Origin: Patescibacteria group bacterium | Lineage (GTDB): Bacteria > Patescibacteriota > Patescibacteriia > Magasanikbacterales > GWA2-37-8 | Reading direction: 5' to 3' | NCBI GenBank assembly: GCA_004321885.1 | Contig: SCQK01000002.1 | Location: 1-52,343 of the forward strand | Length of the DNA stretch: 52,343 nucleotides | Shown: positions 37,313 to 45,197 of the stretch, piece after piece | Layout: every line of letters starts with the position of its first letter | Numbering within the stretch: position 1 is the stretch's first letter | Translations under genes and position numbers: made by a program | Notes under the pieces: generated by a model | What the model saw: only the letters and a program-made list of their open reading frames with translations | Told to the model about the DNA's origin: nothing | The model's database searches: none

Positions 37313-37375
37313 TGAGTGAACAAAATTGTTTTGAATATCAAAACAATTTTTGAACGAATTAGATTATATGCCTAA
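37313..37375. promoter_or_regulatory. Two perfect hairpins in the ddhB-rSAM intergenic spacer (13-bp stem AAAATTGTTTTGA/TCAAAACAATTTT and TATATGCCT-AA-AGGCATATA)
   Basis: Seen directly in the sequence. The first hairpin lies about 20 nt upstream of the rSAM start codon on the minus-strand mRNA. Confidence 0.4.
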
Positions 37376-38350
37376 AGGCATATATTTTTTATTGTTAATT
37401 TTGTTTTGATACCAGGCAAATGTTTCTTTGATTCCTTCCGCAAACGGGTAGCGCGATTGCCAACCCAACACCTTGGCCGCTTTTTCAAAATTAAGGCTCT
37501 GCTCGGGAATTTCATTTTTTTGATTGTTCAAAATTTCGTGTTTAATTTTTACGCCGATAATGTCGGAAATTTTGGCCACCAAATCCAAAACCGAAAAATT
37601 CTGGCCCGAGCTGAAGTTAAACGCCTCGCCCCTGGCCGCGGCAATGTTTTCGGCCAGGCAAAGATAGCCGTCCACCACGTCTGGCGCGTACACATAATCC
37701 CTCTTAAAATGCCCGTCGCTGCGGATTTGTAAAACTGAATTTTCCAGCGCGGCTTTCATTATCCCCGGGATAATGCGGTTGAAATTCAAATCACCGGGCC
37801 CGTAGATATTGCCGAACCGGCTCACAGTGGCCGGCAGGCCGTAGGTTTTGGCGTATGTTTGCGCGAGCAAATCAGCGCAGGATTTGGACGCGTCATAAGG
37901 ATGATCGCCGGCCAGGGCCTGATTTTCCTCGGCCAAAAGGCAGTGCTTGCCATAGGCCTTGTCGCTGGAAGCCACTATCACGGCGCGGGTAGAGGGCGAT
38001 AAACGCGCGGCTTCCAAGATATTGACCGTGCCCATGATATTTGTATCCAATGTTTCGTAAGGATTAACATAGGCCGTGGGCACGATGGGCTGGGCCGCCA
38101 CGTGAAAAATATAATTTATTTCATGCTTGGAAATTAAATCAAACATCCTTTCCTTGTCTTTCAAGTCTCCGTACGAGCAAACCACCTGCTCATCCAATTT
38201 TTCCGAATAAAACAAAGACAACGGATCGCGGCTGCGGCACAAACAAACGATTTTAGCGGGCTTTAATGCCAACAGCCGGCTCACCAGATGCGCACCGACC
38301 AGTCCGGCGCCGCCGGTAACAAAAATATTTTGTCCGGTTAAATGCGACAT
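37364..38350 (-). CDS. ddhB: CDP-glucose 4,6-dehydratase-like SDR
   Basis: 328 aa with a Rossmann fold (IFVTGGAGLVGAHL) and a YxxxK site (YDASK). It lies immediately downstream of the cytidylyltransferase. Confidence 0.65.
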   Translation of the reverse strand: MSHLTGQNIFVTGGAGLVGAHLVSRLLALKPAKIVCLCRSRDPLSLFYSEKLDEQVVCSYGDLKDKERMFDLISKHEINYIFHVAAQPIVPTAYVNPYETLDTNIMGTVNILEAARLSPSTRAVIVASSDKAYGKHCLLAEENQALAGDHPYDASKSCADLLAQTYAKTYGLPATVSRFGNIYGPGDLNFNRIIPGIMKAALENSVLQIRSDGHFKRDYVYAPDVVDGYLCLAENIAAARGEAFNFSSGQNFSVLDLVAKISDIIGVKIKHEILNNQKNEIPEQSLNFEKAAKVLGWQSRYPFAEGIKETFAWYQNKINNKKYMPLGI

Positions 38351-39162
38351 AGAGGATTTGTTTTTGTTTCATGCCAAACTTTCCAAAACGGGTCTTTGTG
38401 CCACAGCTCGTTCATGTCCTCCACTTCCTTATACGTATCCATGCATTTCCACTTGCCCTGATGCGCGTAAATAGAAAGCTGACCTGCCCTGGCCAGGGGA
38501 GCAAAGATTGATTCAATCATGCTATTTTCAGTCAACAAGTCAAAGATGTCTTTCTTGAATATCATAAAGCCGCCGTTGACATAATCAGAATCGCCCGACC
38601 GCACTTCATTGTAATCAGTCACCTTGTGCTGAAAAAAACCGCGCAATTTTTTGGTCTGATGGTCTATGTCCAGCATGCCAAAGCGCGAAGTGAGCTTGAT
38701 GCCGGTAATGGTGCCCAAAGTATTCTGATTTTTATGAAAATTGAGCAAATCCTGGATATTGATGTCTCCTACCCCGTCGCCATAGGTTACCATAAATTCT
38801 TCATCGCCGTCCAGATATGGCCGCAGGCGGCGCACGCGCTCGCCGGTCAGGCTCTCGGGGCCGGTTTCGGCGAAGGTTATTTTGAAATGGTCGCAATCAT
38901 TGTTGTGAAAGGTGACTTCGTGATTGTGAGTGTCCAGCGTAAAATCATTCGCCAGACTGCGCCAATTCAAAAAATACTGCTTGATCATATCGCCCTTGTA
39001 GCCCAGCGCCAGAATAAATTCATTGAAGCCGTAATGGGCGTATATTTTCATGATATGCCACAATATCGGCTTGCCGCCCACCAAAACCAGCGGCTTTGGC
39101 TTAAATTCCGTTTCCTCCTTCATGCGCGTGCCTATGCCGCCGCATAAAATAATGGTTTTCAT
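38338..39162 (-). CDS. ddhA: Glucose-1-phosphate cytidylyltransferase
   Basis: 274 aa with N-terminal MKTIILCGGIGTRMKEETEFKPKPLVLVGGKPILWHIMKIYAHYG, closely matching RfbF/DdhA. Confidence 0.85.
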   Translation of the reverse strand: MKTIILCGGIGTRMKEETEFKPKPLVLVGGKPILWHIMKIYAHYGFNEFILALGYKGDMIKQYFLNWRSLANDFTLDTHNHEVTFHNNDCDHFKITFAETGPESLTGERVRRLRPYLDGDEEFMVTYGDGVGDINIQDLLNFHKNQNTLGTITGIKLTSRFGMLDIDHQTKKLRGFFQHKVTDYNEVRSGDSDYVNGGFMIFKKDIFDLLTENSMIESIFAPLARAGQLSIYAHQGKWKCMDTYKEVEDMNELWHKDPFWKVWHETKTNPLCRI

Positions 39163-39174
39163 ACAAAATTACGG

Positions 39175-40062
39175 TTAAAATTCCACCCAGCTATTGGCAA
39201 AAACGCTGTCATATTTATTAAAATTATTCCAATTCTTGGGAGCGATAACTATTTTGGCGCGGTTGGTATTTAGCCAGGCCGCCCACCAGCTAAATGTGCT
39301 GGACGACATAATACTGTGTTTGCACAAACTCATCAGACGTAGGTCAAGATAGGAATTTTTGCCAATATTATTGTCAACAATGACGCACTGCGCCGGTATT
39401 TTTAAATTTGCTTTGGCCCAACTGGGGTCATCGGAAAAAATAAAAAAAACCGGCTCGCTTACTTTTTTTAATATATATTCACAAGCCTCCTGACAATAGC
39501 GCAAATCCCGCTTTTGCGCAAATGCCGCCTTGGCCGGGTCGCCCTGAATATGGTCGCCGCGGCGGATATGAAGAAAAACCGAATTAGTGGCGGCTATCAT
39601 GTTGGCCAATTCTTTGTTTTTCCCGGCGAGCGGCTCCTGGAAAGAAAAATCCCGCCTGATAGCATCGGCCGCGTCCGCGAAATAATTTTCATGGGCCCAA
39701 ATACCGGACAGATAGGCCTTTTTTCCCAAACCCAAAATTTTAGGCTCAAAGCATTTGGGAGCAGCCTCTTCTATCACATAGCCGCGCTCAAAAATTTTCG
39801 CCAGTTTGTTCAATAAAAAAGCTATGACAAACGCCAAATTATTAAAATAAAAAGCGACCCTGGATAAAAAAGTAAAATTTGCTTTAAGATTAAAAATACC
39901 CAGCCCATAACTGCGAAAAGTAAAATCTTTTCTCGGCAAACGATGCAATAAAAAAGTCAGGTCAAGTTTTAATTTAACACCCCGCTTCAAAGCCAAGCGC
40001 CGGGCGCAAGCGTATTGAAACATCTGATTGCCAAGCCCGCCGATAAGTTTAACTGTTATCAT
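39175..40062 (-). CDS. Glycosyltransferase family 11 (alpha-1,2-fucosyltransferase-like), second copy
   Basis: 295 aa with GGLGNQMFQYA and HIRRGDH motifs. Confidence 0.75.
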   Translation of the reverse strand: MITVKLIGGLGNQMFQYACARRLALKRGVKLKLDLTFLLHRLPRKDFTFRSYGLGIFNLKANFTFLSRVAFYFNNLAFVIAFLLNKLAKIFERGYVIEEAAPKCFEPKILGLGKKAYLSGIWAHENYFADAADAIRRDFSFQEPLAGKNKELANMIAATNSVFLHIRRGDHIQGDPAKAAFAQKRDLRYCQEACEYILKKVSEPVFFIFSDDPSWAKANLKIPAQCVIVDNNIGKNSYLDLRLMSLCKHSIMSSSTFSWWAAWLNTNRAKIVIAPKNWNNFNKYDSVFANSWVEF

Positions 40063-40070
40063 ATAATTGA

Positions 40071-40895
40071 CTATACCCCCGCGATGGATCCCGACTCAGT
40101 CGGGATGACAATCGGCTTCACAAACCAAAAACAACCACAGCCATAATCCTGGCTGTCGGCCAATGCTTTGGGCGGATTGATTACCAGCTCGCCGTCGCCG
40201 GCGCGCGGTATCAAAGCAAATTCTTTAAGCTCCAGTTCCTTAAAATATTCTTTGACCTGCTCGTAACTGTAAATGCGATGCGCGTTAAACATTATCTTTG
40301 GTTTGCCAATCGGCGCCACAAACAGCAAGACGCCGCCCGGGGCCAAGACCCTTTTTAATTCGGAAATCGCCTTCAAATCACCATCATAATCCAGTTTATC
40401 GCCATAGCGCCCCAGGCCAACATGCTCTATCACGTGCATACAGGAAAGCGATTCAATTTCATTGTCCTTAAACGGCAATTTTGAGACATCGGCCTGGCCG
40501 CAGGTGAGGCCCGACAGCGCCAAGGGCGCGGGGCGAAAATCATAAAAGCGCACGGGCACAAAAGCCGAAACCAAAGCACAAAAATACAGGCTGGAAGAAA
40601 TGTCAACGTGAAAAGCCGGCCTGGCGGCGGCCAATACTCGCGCGGCCCAGGCCGTGTGATAAATATAGTGCCGGTCAAAGCCGGTTTGGGCCGTGGCTTC
40701 GCCGATGATGGGCAGAAGGTCTTTCCAGCCAACGGCCAAACGCGGCGCTTTGCCTGCCAAAGAACGAAAGTAAAACCAATCGCGGAAAAACCTCGGATAG
40801 AGCAAAAATCTCTTTAAGCCGTAAATTTTTAAAAGCAAATTAGCCAACATTCTGGGCATTCGGTGGTAAATTTTTTTCAGCCATTCCCTGTTCAT
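40071..40895 (-). CDS. Class I SAM-dependent methyltransferase
   Basis: 274 aa with a methyltransferase fold and a Methyltransf_11-like motif region (VLAPGGVLLFVAP). Confidence 0.5.
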   Translation of the reverse strand: MNREWLKKIYHRMPRMLANLLLKIYGLKRFLLYPRFFRDWFYFRSLAGKAPRLAVGWKDLLPIIGEATAQTGFDRHYIYHTAWAARVLAAARPAFHVDISSSLYFCALVSAFVPVRFYDFRPAPLALSGLTCGQADVSKLPFKDNEIESLSCMHVIEHVGLGRYGDKLDYDGDLKAISELKRVLAPGGVLLFVAPIGKPKIMFNAHRIYSYEQVKEYFKELELKEFALIPRAGDGELVINPPKALADSQDYGCGCFWFVKPIVIPTESGSIAGV

Positions 40896-42259
40896 ACCGA
40901 GGGTCTTTTAAGCAAAAATCCGAATAAAATTGACCGGGCGTGCGGCCTGGTTTTTTTGAAAAATAATATGGACAAGGGTATTAGCGAGTAAGAAATCAAT
41001 GTCGCCAGGGCCGCGCCGCTTGTGCCATACCGCGGTATGAAAAGCAAATTCAAGAGCACATTGGCCAGCATGCCGATGCAATTTATATAGAGCGAAACGC
41101 GGGTCAAATTTTCCACCAGCAAGTACTGGTTGATGACCGTGCCCAGCGACACGGCAAAACCGGCCCAGATATAAATTTTCAGCACCGAGACTGACTCCAA
41201 AAACTGCGAGCCGTATAAAATTTTGATAACCGGCTCGGCAAAAAAATACAGCGGTAAAATCACCAAAAAAGAAACGTAAATAATCAGCGAATACAGCATG
41301 GCCAGCCGGCGCCGGTAAATCAGCTCATCGGTTTTTTTGGCGTTGACTATGGCCGGAAAAATAGAGCCCACGATAATGACCGGAACAAAGTACCAAAATT
41401 CCGACAAACGCACCCCGGCGTCGTACAAACCCACGGCCGCAGCGCTCATCATATTCTTTAGCATCACCTGGTCAATCCTGGAATAGGCAAAGGCGAAGGC
41501 GCTCGCCAGCATCAGGGGCCACGAATCTTTCAACATGGCCACAGCCAAAAAACGATTAAACGACCAATTGAAAATGGACAGACCCTGTTTTTTGTATAGA
41601 ACAATATAACTGACGGCGTAAACAACGGATTCCAGCACAAACACGCCCACGAAATAAATAAGCTTTAATTTTAGAAATATAAACAACAGCTTGACGCCGG
41701 ATAAAAACAGGCCGATAAAAACGGCGTTGAGAGTGGCTTTTTTTGACAAGACCTTGGCCTGAAAATGATAATAAATAATCTGAAAGGACTGGAAAATAAA
41801 CGACAGCGAGGCGAAAATAATCAGCAGATTCGTATAAAAATCATTGTTGGTGAACTGAATAAAAAAAATAATGAGCAGTATAGCCGCGGCCGCGCCGGCG
41901 AATCTTAAAAACAAGGCGCTGCCGAATAATTCATTTTGTTTTTCCGGGGTTTTGACCAGCTCGCGCAGAAGAATATTGTCCACTCCCAGATTGGTGATAA
42001 AAGAAAACAAGCCGACAAAACTTAACACATAAGAGAGCAGGCCGTAATTGTGTGGGCCCAGATAGCGCACCACGTAAACGCTGACAAAAAAAGATATAAA
42101 CAGGCCGGCAATTTTGCCCACGAAATTCCAGGAAGTATTTAAAAAATATCTCTTAAATCCGTCCGAAACAACGGCGGCGGAAAAATGGGCGGGCGCCACT
42201 CGCTTCACGACGGCTAAAACCATTTTTTCTATTTTCTCAAAAAACATAGACCCTACCAA
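40892..42259 (-). CDS. wzx: Wzx-type polysaccharide/O-unit flippase (MOP superfamily)
   Basis: 455 aa with 12-14 TM helices and typical polysaccharide biosynthesis protein features. Confidence 0.7.
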   Translation of the reverse strand: MVGSMFFEKIEKMVLAVVKRVAPAHFSAAVVSDGFKRYFLNTSWNFVGKIAGLFISFFVSVYVVRYLGPHNYGLLSYVLSFVGLFSFITNLGVDNILLRELVKTPEKQNELFGSALFLRFAGAAAAILLIIFFIQFTNNDFYTNLLIIFASLSFIFQSFQIIYYHFQAKVLSKKATLNAVFIGLFLSGVKLLFIFLKLKLIYFVGVFVLESVVYAVSYIVLYKKQGLSIFNWSFNRFLAVAMLKDSWPLMLASAFAFAYSRIDQVMLKNMMSAAAVGLYDAGVRLSEFWYFVPVIIVGSIFPAIVNAKKTDELIYRRRLAMLYSLIIYVSFLVILPLYFFAEPVIKILYGSQFLESVSVLKIYIWAGFAVSLGTVINQYLLVENLTRVSLYINCIGMLANVLLNLLFIPRYGTSGAALATLISYSLIPLSILFFKKTRPHARSILFGFLLKRPSV

Positions 42260-42498
42260 TTTTTTGTTTTTTCAACGGTTTTTCTTTTAACTTTCTGATA
42301 CAAGTCAGTGGCTCTTTCATCTATGGTCGGAGACAACATTTTGAGAAGCACGTGCCCCAAGATGCGGTACTGCTTGCCGATTTTGTTGGCGCGCAGCAAC
42401 CCGCGCTTGATTAAGCGCTTCATGGTGCTGTTGCTGATTTTGAGGAGCTGTTGGGTTTCGCTGGTGGTATAAACCTCGTTTGGTTTGATTTCCGACAT
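42253..42498 (-). CDS. Small helix-turn-helix DNA-binding protein (excisionase/MerR-superfamily HTH)
   Basis: Start trimmed to MSEIKPNEVYTTSETQQLLKISNSTMKRLIKRGLLRANKIGKQYRI, an HTH_17/excisionase-type motif. It is the first gene of the long minus-strand block and overlaps the wzx start. Confidence 0.55.
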   Translation of the reverse strand: MSEIKPNEVYTTSETQQLLKISNSTMKRLIKRGLLRANKIGKQYRILGHVLLKMLSPTIDERATDLYQKVKRKTVEKTKNW

Positions 42499-42508
42499 AC
42501 CGATTGTC

Positions 42509-42528
42509 ATTCCTGCGCAAGCAGGAAT
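42509..42528. promoter_or_regulatory. Perfect 8-bp inverted repeat ATTCCTGC-GCAA-GCAGGAAT 11-30 nt upstream of the HTH gene start (candidate operator or leader hairpin)
   Basis: Seen directly in the sequence. Confidence 0.4.
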
Positions 42529-42656
42529 CCAGTTAAAAATATTTCTCCAGCCATAGTATACCATCAGGTGTCTTTGGGTGTCAAACGATGCCAGTAGGAC
42601 TTATCCACAAGCAGGAGAAACTTGACCAAAATCGTAATATTTGAGAACATACTGTC

Positions 42657-43448
42657 ATGAAACTCACCATTTTAGGGTCTGGAACAGACGCGTCGCATCT
42701 GGCCGGGATTGCCAACCGCTTCCCGCCGGGTTTTTTGGTTGAGTGGAATGAACACAAACTGCTGATTGAATGCAGTGAAGGCATTCGCTTTCGCCTGGAA
42801 AAAATCGGGGTGGACTACGCCGACATCAGGCATCTGGCCATTAGCCACGCGCACCCCGACCACTACGCCCTGCCGCAATTTCTGCAATCGGTCTGGAATA
42901 AAATCATGTGGAGCGGAAAAAATTACGACCATGAACTGGAAATTTTTTGCACCAAAGATATAGCGGACAATTATAATAAACTGTGGAATTTGTATCGGCC
43001 CGGAGAAGATTACCTGCCCAAGCCAAAGTTGATTTTTAAGCCGATGTCTAATGGCGAACAATATGAATTAGGCGGGGCAAAATTGTCGGCCGCCAATGTT
43101 TCGCACAGCAAGATGGACGCGCTGGCCTTTCGTCTGGAATTAAACAACCGCGCGCTGGTTTATTCGGGCGATACCGATGATTGCCTGGGCATAAGAAAAA
43201 TCGCGAAAGACGCTGATATTTTTATTTGCGAATGTTCAGCGCTGATTGGCGCTGAAAAAACATCGCTGACCACGCATTTAAATCCGTTTCAAATTGGCGC
43301 GATTGCGCGCGACTCGGCTGTAAAAAAATTAATATTAACGCATTATTCCGGTTTAAATAGCGACGAGGAAATGACCAATGAATGCCGGCGGGCCGGGTTC
43401 AAAGGCGAGATAACCATAGGAAAAGATTTTCAGACCTTTGAAATATAA
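42657..43448 (+). CDS. MBL-fold metallo-hydrolase (RNase Z/beta-lactamase-like)
   Basis: 263 aa with the motif HAHPDH. Confidence 0.7.
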   Translation: MKLTILGSGTDASHLAGIANRFPPGFLVEWNEHKLLIECSEGIRFRLEKIGVDYADIRHLAISHAHPDHYALPQFLQSVWNKIMWSGKNYDHELEIFCTKDIADNYNKLWNLYRPGEDYLPKPKLIFKPMSNGEQYELGGAKLSAANVSHSKMDALAFRLELNNRALVYSGDTDDCLGIRKIAKDADIFICECSALIGAEKTSLTTHLNPFQIGAIARDSAVKKLILTHYSGLNSDEEMTNECRRAGFKGEITIGKDFQTFEI

Positions 43449-43455
43449 TCTTTAT

Positions 43456-43490
43456 AAAAAAACTTCCACTGATTAAGGTGGAAGTTTTTT
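43456..43490. terminator. Bidirectional rho-independent terminator (A-run, stem AACTTCCAC/GTGGAAGTT, loop TGATTAAG, T-run)
   Basis: A perfect 9-bp stem flanked by A7 and T6. It separates the MBL gene from the GC-rich cassette. Confidence 0.75.
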
Positions 43491-43496
43491 AAATAC

Positions 43497-43565
43497 TTTC
43501 ATCAGACCACTCGCCAACCGTGCACCCTTGTGGTGTATGGCTAACGAGTAGGTGGCCTGATGAAG
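43497..43565. repeat. About 70-nt structured element with terminal inverted repeats TTCATCAGACCAC...GTGGCCTGATGAA
   Basis: Seen directly in the sequence, at the boundary of the GC-rich cassette just downstream of the SDR stop. Confidence 0.35.
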
Positions 43566-43597
43566 AAAGAACAACGCGCCGCCCACTCGCGGGGATT

Positions 43598-44320
43598 CTA
43601 CCGGACCAACGAATTCTGAGCAACGAGACCTCCGTCCACCACGATCTCTTGGCCGACGATATAGGAGGCCGCGGGTGATGCCATGAAAGTGACCACCGTG
43701 GCGACCTCTTTCGGATTCGCGAACCGGCCGATCGGAATCTTCTTCCCCCAATCGGAAAGTTCGGTCTCGCTCATGCGCATCGTGCCACCGGTGTCGCGAG
43801 TAGCGCCGGGGGCGACTGCGTTCACACGGATTCCGAAGGGCGCCAGCTCCACGGCGCGGCATCGCATATACCCGACGAGACCGCACTTGGACACGTCATA
43901 CGCGCAATCGCCGGCAAAGGCGACCCGCGAATGCACCGAAGTGATGAAGATGATTACGCCAGCACGGCGCTTCTTCATTCCCGGAATCACCGCTTCGGTG
44001 ACGTTACGCGTGCCGTTCAGGTTGGTAGCAATGACATTTTCCCAGTCATCGCCGCTGGTGATGGCGGCGTTGTTGACCAGGATGTCAAGGTGTCTCGTCT
44101 CCAGGCCGGAAACCTGGGTCTTGTCGCGAATGTTCACGCGCTCGTATGTCGCGCGCATACTTGCGTATGCTTCCTGCGTGACTTCATCCGCGGGCGGAGC
44201 AAGAATGTCAAAGTTTAACACTCTTGCCCCCAGGGACAAGAACTCATTTACGACGGCGGCGCCGATTCCCCGCGAACCACCGGTGACCAAAACCGTCTGT
44301 CCGCTGAACTGCTTCGTCAT
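43598..44320 (-). CDS. Short-chain dehydrogenase/reductase (classical SDR, FabG-like)
   Basis: 240 aa with TGGSRGIGAAV and YxxxK (YDVSK) motifs. Its GC content and codon usage (AAG/GAG/TTC/AAC) are distinct from neighbouring genes. Confidence 0.8.
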   Translation of the reverse strand: MTKQFSGQTVLVTGGSRGIGAAVVNEFLSLGARVLNFDILAPPADEVTQEAYASMRATYERVNIRDKTQVSGLETRHLDILVNNAAITSGDDWENVIATNLNGTRNVTEAVIPGMKKRRAGVIIFITSVHSRVAFAGDCAYDVSKCGLVGYMRCRAVELAPFGIRVNAVAPGATRDTGGTMRMSETELSDWGKKIPIGRFANPKEVATVVTFMASPAASYIVGQEIVVDGGLVAQNSLVR

Positions 44321-44344
44321 TTCTTCTCTCCGTGATAGAGTAGG

Positions 44345-44995
44345 TCAGAGCTTGACCCCATTTTCCAGGTACACCAGCTCGATGGACTGGCTGTCCGATG
44401 TTTGACAGGCTCGTAAGGCCAAGGGAGCGTAATAAAGACGGTGGTTTTCCTGCATATTGGCAGGCAAGCGATTGGCTGAGAACCATCGTCTGGTTTCGTC
44501 TTCCTTCGGCTCCTCATCGAACCATACCAGGTTGATCCACGAGATGCTCGGGATTCCGTATCCGTGATTGCCCCGGGCTATATCCCAGACCTCGGCGATG
44601 CGGACGAAATGAATGCCTTTCGTGCCGTTGAACTCGAGTCGATCAGCCGTTTCCTGTTCCGTCTCCCACGGACGCAAGTACGAACCGATGAAGTGCCACT
44701 CGTTTTGGAAGCATTCTTTTGCCGAGCGGAGACGCATGAAGAACTCAAACTCGCCCGATCGATTGCGCCGCATCGGAATCGCTTCGAACGCGATATTATT
44801 CGATTTCCGGGCGATGGAGAGCCAGAACTCGTGCCCAAACGCCCCCTTGGTTGGCACGATATCAATCAGTTGGGCCACCGTTTGTTTGAACAGCTGGGGG
44901 TCAGCTTGCCACACCTCCTCGAGCAAGCGCTTGGCGACCAGCGCCTTCAATTTCAGAGCATCACTCTGAACCACTACAATCTCTTTTCCGCTCAT
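44345..44995 (-). CDS. Divergent Gmm-like Nudix-fold protein with N-terminal extension
   Basis: 216 aa. The segment EWHFIGSYLRPWETEQETADRLEFNGTKGI aligns with the modified Nudix boxes of the two Gmm-like proteins in this window (GWHFPGGLLRFRESFDERIQAVAWKELGI). It is GC-rich like the adjacent SDR. Confidence 0.4.
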   Translation of the reverse strand: MSGKEIVVVQSDALKLKALVAKRLLEEVWQADPQLFKQTVAQLIDIVPTKGAFGHEFWLSIARKSNNIAFEAIPMRRNRSGEFEFFMRLRSAKECFQNEWHFIGSYLRPWETEQETADRLEFNGTKGIHFVRIAEVWDIARGNHGYGIPSISWINLVWFDEEPKEDETRRWFSANRLPANMQENHRLYYAPLALRACQTSDSQSIELVYLENGVKL

Positions 44996-45137
44996 CGTTT
45001 CACCCCGATGTTCGTTGTGTTGTAAATGATTTTGGTCAAAGCCAAAATCATCTCACCCTAACATACACCGATAAAAAAATCAAGGCCTTGAGCCCTGATT
45101 TTGCGATTTTGACTGAATTCTGTTTTACCCCCTCCCT

Positions 45138-45168
45138 GTCACCACACCAAAATTTTTGGTGTGGTGAC
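45138..45168. repeat. Perfect 31-nt palindrome GTCACCACACCAAAA-T-TTTTGGTGTGGTGAC
   Basis: Seen directly in the sequence, in the intergenic region between the two Nudix genes. Confidence 0.6.
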
Positions 45169-45171
45169 AAG

Positions 45172-45194
45172 CCTCCCCCTTGTCAAGGGGGAGG
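45172..45194. repeat. Intergenic copy of the CTCCCCCTT-GTCA-AGGGGGAG palindromic element
   Basis: cctcccccttgtcaagggggagg. It is related to the in-frame elements at 7237 and 8212. Confidence 0.6.
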
Positions 45195-45197
45195 AAT

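Noticed and set aside
36234-37319. 361-aa plus-strand ORF antisense to the SPASM radical-SAM gene
   Set aside because: It lies entirely within, and opposite to, a gene with a clear CX3CX2C radical-SAM motif. Its translation is low-complexity (G/A/V/L-rich) with no recognisable domain. It is a typical stop-free antisense frame of a locally GC-rich coding region.
43473-44405. ORFs 43473..43886 (-), 43683..44405 (+) and 43931..44218 (+) inside the GC-rich cassette
   Set aside because: They overlap the well-supported SDR gene in other frames or on the opposite strand. High GC suppresses stop codons, and none has motif support.
44345-44995. Canonical Nudix assignment for the 216-aa GC-rich ORF
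   Set aside because: The classical GX5EX7REUXEEXGU box is not intact. It is kept only as a divergent Gmm-like call at low confidence, based on similarity to the two neighbouring paralogues.
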